From positions 3,437,856 through 3,501,855 of the forward strand of contig CM119268.1 of assembly GCA_051294375.1 (NCBI GenBank): a stretch of 64,000 bases of DNA, given 5' to 3'. This document shows positions 38,201-48,400 of this stretch, piece by piece (position 1 is the first letter of the stretch; each line of letters opens with the position of its first letter). The translations under genes and the position numbers were made by a program. This DNA comes from Paraspadella gotoi (lineage: Eukaryota; Animalia; Chaetognatha). The notes under the pieces are model-generated. The model did not search any database, was not told where the DNA came from, and saw nothing but the letters and a program-made list of their open reading frames with translations.

Positions 38201-41200
38201 GCAACCCGCTGTTGCCATATAGTGGTGAGCCCTACTATCGAACACGCAACCTTCTCAGGGTACGCTACGACAAACGCCTATGCCTGCCGACTTCGGGTAC
38301 GCTACGACAAACGCCTATGCCCTGGTGTACGCTACGACAAACGCCTATGCCCAACAACTCGCGCTCTCTCTCTCTTCTCCCACTATGGTAACAGTCTTGT
38401 CAGACAATCTCAGGCTTGAGGAACCTGAGTGATGTCTTGGCCCGGGGATCCTGTGCGGTATATTCACACCGCCTCACGTTCGTTCATCCTTCAGCCAAAT
38501 CCATTGGCTAGAGGGGGAACACACCAACCCAAGCGTAGTGTTCCATCCACAGTCCTAACGACTTCCCTCTGCGTTGGCAAGCGAGACCGTCCTAGGGTAA
38601 CCGCTGCCAGTGACTGGAGGCGTCACTGAGCGTCGGAAGCCCCCAGGCCAACAGTGAGATGCCCATCCAAGGGGCATCACAGCAACCGGGCTGTTGCCAT
38701 AAGTTCATAATTTCCTTATTTCTTCCCAACGGGATTTCCTCTTTTCCTCATTTTTTCATTTCTTCCCCAAAGGTCATTTTCTCATTTCTTCATTTTTCAT
38801 TTCCTTCCCAAAGGTTATTTTTCGCATTTCCTCATTTTTTCATTTTTTCCCCAAAGGTTGTTTTCTCTAATTTCCTCTTTTTTTCATTTCTTCCCCAAAG
38901 GTCATTTTCTCATTTCCTCATTTCTCCCAAAAGGTCATTTCCTCATTCTCCCCCAAAGGTCATTTCCTCTTCTTCTCCCCAAAGGTCATTTCCTCATTTC
39001 CTCATTTCTCCCCCAAAGTTCATTCCTCATTTTCTCATTTCAGTGCACCCAAAGAGGGTNNNNNNNNNNNNNNNNNNNNNNNNNAAAACAACCTTTGGGG
39101 AAAAAATGAAAAAATGAGGAAATGCGAAAATAACCTTTGGGGAAGAAATGAAAAAATGAGGAAATGAGAAAATGACCTTTGGGGAAGAAATGAAAAAAAT
39201 GAGGAAAAGAGGAAATTCCCTTTGGGGAAGAAATGAGGAAATTATGAAATGACCTTAAGGGGAGAAATGAGGAAATGAGAAAATGACCTTTGGGGGAGAA
39301 ATGAAAAAATGAGGAAATGAGAAAATGACCTTTGGGGGAGAAATGAGGAAATTTTCCGGAGGACGTCGTTGTTCATGAAATTGTAAGTAAAAACTAAGTA
39401 TTGTTATGGTCGTTTTCGTTGTTAATTTGTTATTGTTTCCCTTGTTGTTTGTTTTGTTTTTTTTGATATTTCCTCGGACTGACCTCTGGTGGTGTAGATG
39501 AATACAGAATAAGTGATGCAGTCGATGAGATTAATGACTCGACCTTTAACGTCTTCGGCCGGTTCTGCGCGATCAATCGCTTTGTCGAACACCGCGCCAA
39601 AGGCCTGCAAGGAGTAGGAAATAGGACAATCAATGGCAGAAAATGAAATGGGTGATGGATATACAGCGAGTGATGGAACTATTACTGTAAATGAGAAAGA
39701 GAGTTAGAGAAGACGTCGTTTCGTGGCACATTTTTATCTAAAGGCGAGTTTTTCGTTTTTTTTAACGTAAGTGGGACAGACGATAGACAGACCGACCAAA
39801 AAGTGACCGATGAGGAGGAGGGGCTTCGCCTCCTGCATCTTCTTCCTCCCCATACCTCGTCCTCTTCCTCACGGGGCTCGTTGATTTTCACGATTTCACT
39901 TTTTCACCTTTCTCCAGTTGTTCTTACATTTTGCTGATTACTGGACGCCTCTCTCTCAATAAACGCTTTACCTTTTATTTCCCGTCTATATTATTTCACG
40001 AGGATACTTATTCCAAGGGTGACTTATAAAGTTGCTCCACGAGGACTGAAAAATCCAAATTCGTGGCTCGTTTACCGTTACACTGGCGAGATCGACTAAA
40101 ATATCGTCGTCATTTTGGGACATAAACGACAGACCGTTTTGAACTCTTAATAAGTTCAGGTCACTTGTAAAAGATTAATCTTTTTGCTGATCAAATCCCC
40201 TGATCTCTTTTTTTCTATTTTCCCCTTTTTGTTCGCATTTATTGTTAACATAAGAACTTTTGCAACCATTCCCGTAATTATTTGTTTGCTCTGTTTTCTT
40301 TAAGAATTTTTTTTTTTTTTTAATTGAAAATGTGCATAAAATATCTATTTTTCTCTGTTTATTAAAATTTTTTTTAAGCATAGACAAAATTAACAAAATG
40401 ATATCGTTGATTATTTTTCCTAAAACAGTTTTCAAGATTCTTCCAACATAAAACTGTAAAATTTTAAACAATATTCTACATTTTCTAGGTAAGGGTGGCG
40501 TTCGTGACAATTATTTCTTTCTTTTCACATCCTGCATTCTGTGAAAAAAAACAGTCAACTTAAAAAAAAGGAAAATCGCAGCGAAATGGAGCTGGAGCTC
40601 CTTTCAGCGCTTTTTCAAGCAACGACCTTAATCCTCATCGTAGCCTCGTACTTTTACATCAAATTCCTTCGATTCAACCAGAAATTTGACGACAAAGTCC
40701 GAATAATCGGTGAAGGACGCGGAGGCCGCTCGTGGAGGCCCTTGGAAGCGCTCGAGGCCAACTTCGAACTGCGGCAAGGATTTGGCGTTTCCATTTTCTC
40801 AGTCGCTTTTTTCGTCGAGAGTCTCGAGCCTTTGGAGGAAGAAGCTTTGAAGACGGCGTTGAGTCGAATCGCGGCGGCGAATCCGATGCTGCGGATGCGA
40901 ATCGACGGAGATGTTGACGGCGATGTGCTGTATTTTGAGGAGATGGAGGAGTTTCGCCCTGACGTAGAGGTGTTGGAGACGGCGGACTGGCAAAGCCTGA
41001 TGGAGGACGAGATTGGGAAACCTTTTCACTCTTCCGTGGGTCCGCTGTGGAGAGTCAAGTTGCTCAAAGGCGACGTCGAAGGCGAAACGCATCGTCGAGT
41101 CTTAATCATGACTTTTCATCACGCGATCGTGGATGGGAAATCCGCCATGGGGATCGGCGATCGACTCATGGACGAATTAAGTGGGGAGAACGTCGCCAAA

Positions 41201-44200
41201 TGGAAAACAGATTACGAAGGAAAGATGCCGCCGTCTTACGTAGAATTTCTCGGAGAAAAGATCGACCTTTCCCGATGGGAAAAACTTGGGCTCTATTTGC
41301 GATCGAAATTAGGAGGTCAGTTTGACATCATACCGAAAACGAGGCCTTGCTCTTTTGTCGAATTGGTGGCGCTTAATGATGAGAAATCAAAGAAGCCGAT
41401 TCGTTTTCGATCCAAATTCTTTACAATCGAATTAAACGCCGAAGATCTTGACGNNNNNNNNNNNNNNNNNNNNNNNNNACGAGCTGCCCCTCCGCCGCTG
41501 TGCCTTCCACGGCTGCAAATTGCATGGAGCCTTGCAGGCCGGTTCGTAGTCTCGCCCAGGTCGAAATGGTCAACCGAAACAAATTCAAAGGCTCGCAACT
41601 TCCAGACTTTTCTTAGCATCAATAATTATTATACGCGGAAATCGACGCGCGGTTTGCTGATGAGACTTTGCACTATTGGTCAGTCGTGGGATTTCACGCT
41701 TTGGTCGCACAATGACGAAGAATGTCCATTCGAATCCCGAAAAGTTGAAGCAAAATTTTGGACCTCGCTAAAACATAAGCGACGAAGTTCACGCGAGACG
41801 ACGGGAAAATCCAGTTGGAATCTTTCTTTAAAATCGGAGAGTGCCTTTACAGATTCTTACCAAAAGTTTGGCGAAAGGGCATAGATCGGTTGACTCCGAA
41901 AAACTTTCGACCTGAAGAAATTTATATCGATTTCTTCGTGAGCAACTGGGGCAAGTTTTTCGAAGGACGAGTTGATTCCCGAGTTTTCGAAGTAGTCGCC
42001 GCCTCGTTCCTGCCGCCAACATATCTTGCAGCGGATTTTGCTTCTCACATTCCGTGTCTCAGTCCGGGGAAAACTTTTCTGGACAATTAACTTTTGCGAA
42101 GGCATATTTCCGATGAAGAAGGGCGATTTATGTGATTGCGCTCAAAAGAGGCTTTGAGTAAAGTGGTTAGCGGGGAAATTGGCGGTGAAATCTTTGTCCT
42201 TTTTTGGGAGCGGAACCGAAATTTTCATTTTGGAGAAAATAAAAACAATGTTTAAGTAAAATACGTTAATAAATAAGCTGCCATTTATTGAAAAGTTGTA
42301 TTTTTATCATCGTAAATTTAATTGTCAAAAAATATCAACAAGCAATTTCATTTTTCACTGTTACCTCAGTAAATAACGACATAATCTCATGTTAACAAGA
42401 ATTTATTAAGTACTGTATTAATACAATCTCATTTTTATTAAGCATCTCTTAGCGAGAACTGATAGTCGAATTAATGACATAATTCCAGCTTAGCAAGAAC
42501 TGATAGACGAATTTTATGACATAATCTCACCTTTAGCGAGAACTGATAGATGGGGTTGATGATGTTGAGGTCGTTGATGATGAAGTACAATAGCGAAGCC
42601 CTGGAGGCGGCGAGACGGTAGTGCTCTCTCGCTTCGGATCTGAACCTCCGTGGACTTGGTCTCGGCCACTTTCACCAAGAGGGATGAGTGGAAACTGTGA
42701 AAATATACTTACGCATCTCTCTTTTTAGCTGTTAATGATTGTAAATTTATTATTTAATATTTGATTTTAAAAAATTTTCTAGTATTTTCATTCAATCTAT
42801 CCTTCAATTCTATTCGAAGTGAAACATTTTTTTCTCTTCCAAATTGTCTTTTTTTTGGTTCCAATGATTCAATTTAACATTTCACCTCGATTTCCGACTG
42901 TCGTCTCTAGATTTTCCACCAGCGCCGTGTCTTCCTAAAAAGTTGCCAGAGGCCGCTGAAGGCTCGAAAGCAGCGAGTCCTGCGAAAGAAAAAACAAAAG
43001 GCATCAGTGAAGAAATCAAAACTCGTTTGCAAGAGTAAAATTTTCCTAACCTCCAATGATTCAGCGTAATCTTGAATTCGTTCTGTTGCCTCGTCAAGTC
43101 TTTCTTCAACTTTTCCAAATCGGGCCGCTCCTTCGCCACGACCTGAAGGAAATTGGCGAAAAGTTTTCACTGTAAACAATTACAAAGCAGCTCACGTGAA
43201 AAAGGCCTTACCTCAGCTAACAGTTGATCTTCTAACCCGTCCCGAGTTACAGTGAAGTTAATCAAAGTAGTTTGAGCCTGAAAAACAGTGAACGTCAGGA
43301 AAATAAAAGCAAAGAATTGACGCCTGTTTAAGGGCAAAATCTTTGATAATATTCGTCCCTACCTGCATTTCTGGTTGTAGTGAGATTAGCAATCGTGTGA
43401 AGAATAAGTCTAAAGGTGGAGCAGTACTCAACCTAAAAAACAAGGAAGAAGAAGCATTGTTAAGATTATACCCAAACTAACATTAACAAATATTTCATAT
43501 TTCAACATCAATGTCCCCACCTCTTTGTCGCCCATCTTGATGGCCTTGCCCTTATTGATTGGTTGTCCTTCCGAGCAGCGGCTCAGCACTGGGTCCACGG
43601 ACTCCCCGATGTTTTCGAGAGGCAGGACCTACCCCTATGAGTCACCGCACGCTCGATCCGGGTCCATGTAGCCTTTCTGGCCCAGTCGGATGACGACCTT
43701 TTTTTTGAGGGAGAATCAAATAAAAAAAAAAACAAAAAATCAAAAAATCATTAATTAATTTAAGAATCAAAGTAAAAATAAAGCACCTATGATCCTTTGG
43801 CTTCAAACTATCAACTTGCTTTGAGAATGATCATTCAATCAATCAAAGCAGAATTACAAGGACTATAAGCATAGACAATTAAAAAAATCGACAAAAAAAA
43901 GCGCCAGTAATTTCAAAACCCCCTCAACTCGCATAAAAACCCAATAATAAAAAAAAAAAAAACAATAATAAACGCCCAACCAGTGACATCTGGCAACCAA
44001 TCAATCAACCAATCAGAACGAACCAAAGCGTCGCTCGTATTTGTTCTTGATCCATTTGACTCCTTGCAACTGGGATCGATCATGAGTCCCCCATCTCTCG
44101 CAGTTGCTGAGAATCGTTCGCGTTTTCGATGGACATTCGGTGACGGAAGACCTGGACATCGATGCGATGTGGAAGGGGGGGACGTTGTTTTGAGGGTGTG

Positions 44201-45230
44201 GAGGGACCGGGGAGTTTTGACAGTGCGTGTGCGGGTCGTTTAATTGAGTTTAGAAGCGGTACTTACGTCGCACGGTCAATTTCATACAATTTCTTTCAAT
44301 TTATTTCATGTTCCAGTATGTGTTTAAATTTTTTGAAAAAAAATTTTCTGTTGCTAAGATTAATTATTCAGATCATATCAATATTGATATAATTAATCAA
44401 GAAATTAATATTCGTATTGATCAAACGCCGTCGCGCGAATTATAAATCAACTGTTGCTGGTCCATTTCCCTGAGCCACTGTGTACCTCGTTGTTCCACGA
44501 CGCGATGTCAGCGTCGTCCGTTAGCATCGTCAATGGATCCAGATTTTCAGTCATCGGTATGGGAACCTGAAGCCAGATTACATATCAACAACGAAATAAA
44601 TGCAACTATTATATATTAACAGTTTCATTATGCACGGTTTTCCCAATAAATGACAAAACTGTCAAGATTCGGGATTCAGGATGGTATAATATATCCCAAC
44701 TGACGATTTTTCGAATAAATCTTTTGAGTTATTTATATAGTTGCATGTCTAAAGCTGCCAATGCCTTGCAAGGTAATCTCGCTGTAAAAGCTTCCCTGTC
44801 GAGCAAATGTCTTAGCTTCCATATATACACCGTTCTCGTTTTACAATTTTAAGTTTCTCGCAATTTTAATTTATATAAGAGAAAAAAAAAATTTTGATTT
44901 CGAAAGACAAATGCCAAAAATCTCTACAATATGTAAATGGCGTTATGAAAATTTCATTAGTTGGTCGCTCTTTCTCAGGAAGTTTCGTCATCGACATTTT
45001 AAGCCGGACAATCACTTTGCTTACTTAAAAAATAATTTTGTCAGGCCAATTTTGTTCTTTACATTAATTGTATTAATATTATATTAAATTCTGCTTACTT
45101 CCAGCTTCATGTAAACGGGAGCCACATTTTGCTACATGAGGTCTTGACGATACGATTTCGTGAAGCAGCCCATGTAGGATACAAAGCCGTGATTAGAAGA
45201 ATATCTCCTGGGAAGTTTCGTTTCCTTGAT

Positions 45231-45271
<41 letters not shown>

Positions 45272-45356
45272 GAGAGAGAGATATAATATATATATTATGA
45301 TTTTATAACAATAACAATATTAATACAACGCAACCGGGTACCACAAAAAAAATGAC

Positions 45357-45423
<67 letters not shown>

Positions 45424-48400
45424 CTCTCTCTCCTCACCTGCTTCTTCAAATCTTGCACGCTCTCGGCCCATCTGACGTTCTCGGACGCCAGCCCCCCGAC
45501 AAGTCGGTTCGCCAACTGGATGGTTCGTTGCGTGTTGTCGGCCTCCTCCTGGCAACGGATCTTCTCTGCCGTCGCCTTCTCGAAGTCGGCCGTCAGCTTG
45601 GCCAGGACGTCTTCGAGGTCGCAGATCTTGGCCTTTTTAAAAAAGGGGTGGAGGGTATTTAGTATTTTGAGACAACAGAGCGAACAGTTTAGCCATAAAA
45701 AGAAGGGAATACAGCGGAATGTTCATCAGTAGTCGAAACTTACAAGACTGAATGTTAAAAGACACCGGAATTTTCATACTTTGATCCCTCAGATATATAT
45801 AGTCACAAATTTCACATTCAACGGCTGAAGAATCGATTTGAAGTTAATAACATCAAAGGACAAAATCAATTCGCGCTATGACTGCCGCCACATGGACTTC
45901 TGTTTCTCATACTAATCGATCGCTAGGTGATTTCGTAAATTCGTTACAAAAAAAAATATGAAAAAATAAAAAAAAACGGAAATTCGGTAAAAAAACTGAA
46001 ATATGTAAATGATATTTACGCGTCAATCCAGCTACGACACGGTCCTTACTTGGATCATGGCGAGCTTCTCCTGCCGCGGCTGCCAGCTCGCGTTGGCCGC
46101 CTGCCAGAGCCAGCCGCTTCGGCTCGACGTCGCAGTAAACTTCGTAAAACTTTATTATGTTGATAACCTGAATAATTAAATTATTATAATTTATTAAAAA
46201 ACCTCATATTTAATCTACGAAACAAAAACAAACCCAGAATATCGGAAAATCGCCGTATGAATATTAAATTGCACAACTAATCCTACATCGCATTTGATTA
46301 ATCAGAAACTTATTTAAACTGAACATGTACGAAAGAAATCAGCCTCGTAAAACCCGATCTCTCACTCGCGGGGCCAGTTGGCTTCACCAAGAACACATGC
46401 CGGCGGCGGGCGGTGGACTTGGCTTTGATGAACTCTGCGATCAAATTCTGGTCGTCCAAGTACGGCCGAATCGCCTTCAAACAATTCTCGTGGACATTTC
46501 TCTTTGTCGTAGTTGATTAGGGCATCTAGGAAGGCGTCCACTTTACCATCATTCCTAGAACCGAAAAGGGGGGGGGAGATTTTCACGTTTTTAAAAGTAT
46601 ATAAGTGAATGATTAATTTCTGGAAGAAACAATTTAAAATTATAATTATTTGTTCGTTCACTACTTTATTGATATAAAAACAGTAAATCTTTCATTCATT
46701 ACTTCCGTCATTTTTAGTTTCTGCATTCGCTCCTTAATTAATTCTTTCATTATCATTCACCAATTCATTTATCATTCATTGACTCTTCAGTTTATTTTAA
46801 TTCCTAATTGATTCCTCGTTTCATTCATTAATAATAATTCACATTCTCCCCTTCTTTCTCCCTCGTCCACCTTTGGCGGCTTTCCAACTTCTGCTCCTTC
46901 GGAAATTTGCCACCAGGGGCAGCAACACCATCACTCCGCCAGTGACGTTTGACGACGGGCGGTCGGGGGAGAGCCGAATGACTTTAGCTCCGTCAGGTTG
47001 TTCTCGGAATTAATGAACAAAACGACATCATGAGGACTGAAATAAAATAGAAAAAAAAAAAGGACCAAGGGCTTGAGAATTGATGAATGACAAAAGGACA
47101 AAACGGGAAGAAAATGTTTATTGACAAAAGAAGAGATTGAAAAAGAATAAAATATCTAAAAAATAAATGGTATAATAAAATTAGCTAAATATTCGAAAAA
47201 AAATTTAAAATTACCATTAGACTCAAATTGACAAATGTCATATGAAATAGGATAAAATATGGCGAAATGACAAAAACTTATCAACGTCAAGCAGTTTTGC
47301 CCCGTCTGTGTCTAAGCTTTAAATTTCTCTTTCCAATCCCTCCCATTCATCCATTCCGCCCCCAACCCCTTCCAGCCCCAAACCCCCCCCACACCTTGTT
47401 GAGCGTGTCGAGGGCTTGGTTGGCCGCGATGAGCGCCGGTTCCGCTTTGGCCCAATCCTGTTCGCAGTCTTTCTGCTTTTTGGCCACCTCCTCGGCGATC
47501 AGTTGCACTTTTGTTCTTCCTGTTGTCAGGGGTAGGGATGATTATAACTGTTGTGGTGACGAGAGAATTAATAATTTGTTGCGATGTTTGTAAAGAGACA
47601 TTAGTTTTCGAACAATCAAGAAAATCAATAAAAAAAAACACCAGAAAAAAAAAACAAAAACAAAAACAACAAACAAATAAAAAAAAACAAATATCATACG
47701 AGAAAATAAAAAAAAACGAGCAAAGAAAAAAAACAAATGAAAAATCTAAAAACAAACAAACAAACAAAAATATTAAAAAGAAGTGATGGAAAGTTAAAGA
47801 AAGTCCACCTGATCGGCAACTCTTTTCTCTTTGGAGACTTTTTCGTTTCTTGGCCCACAATCTGAATTAGAGCATCGGCTTGTTCGTTTTTCGCTTTCAG
47901 TTCAATTTCCTGTAAAGGAAATTAAAACGCGTTTTCGTTACTGGGGCGTTTAAAGAATCAAAACAGCCTACTAAAATTCATTTAATATAAACAAAGGATT
48001 AGGTAGGTCCTTCTCTCATCTCACCCTAAAGTACAATAGGATTCCCACCCTCGTAAACTCACCTGCACGGCCAATTTCTCCTTGAGGTCGGTCGACCTGC
48101 ACAGCAGTCGTGCGAAGTTTTTCCAACCCATTCTCTAAGCGCATAACTTTTCCGTTCAGTTCCGCCGTGTTTCTTATCCAGCAGATTTTGGTAAAGTTTT
48201 ATCTGAACGAGTATTTGTTAAATACATTATATTAAACTATCCGTTCATTCCATAACTAAGCCAATCTTGCTAAGTAAGGGCCTCCATCCCTTAACTAAAA
48301 AATGACACTGCTCAACATTGCCCAAAAAAAAATGGTTTTTAATAAATTACGAAATTTTTACTTGTTCTAAAAATGATTTCGGCGTAGTGTAGTTGTAACG

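Larger units (their letters stand above)
37860..39352. repeat. intronic ~20-40-bp minisatellite (CCCCAAAGGTCATTTTCTCATTTCCTCATTT...) in both orientations around an N gap
   Basis: Plus-orientation units at 37860-37967 and 38710-39059; reverse units at 39085-39352; ~37735-38870 is an inverted copy of ~39085-39472. Confidence 0.9.
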
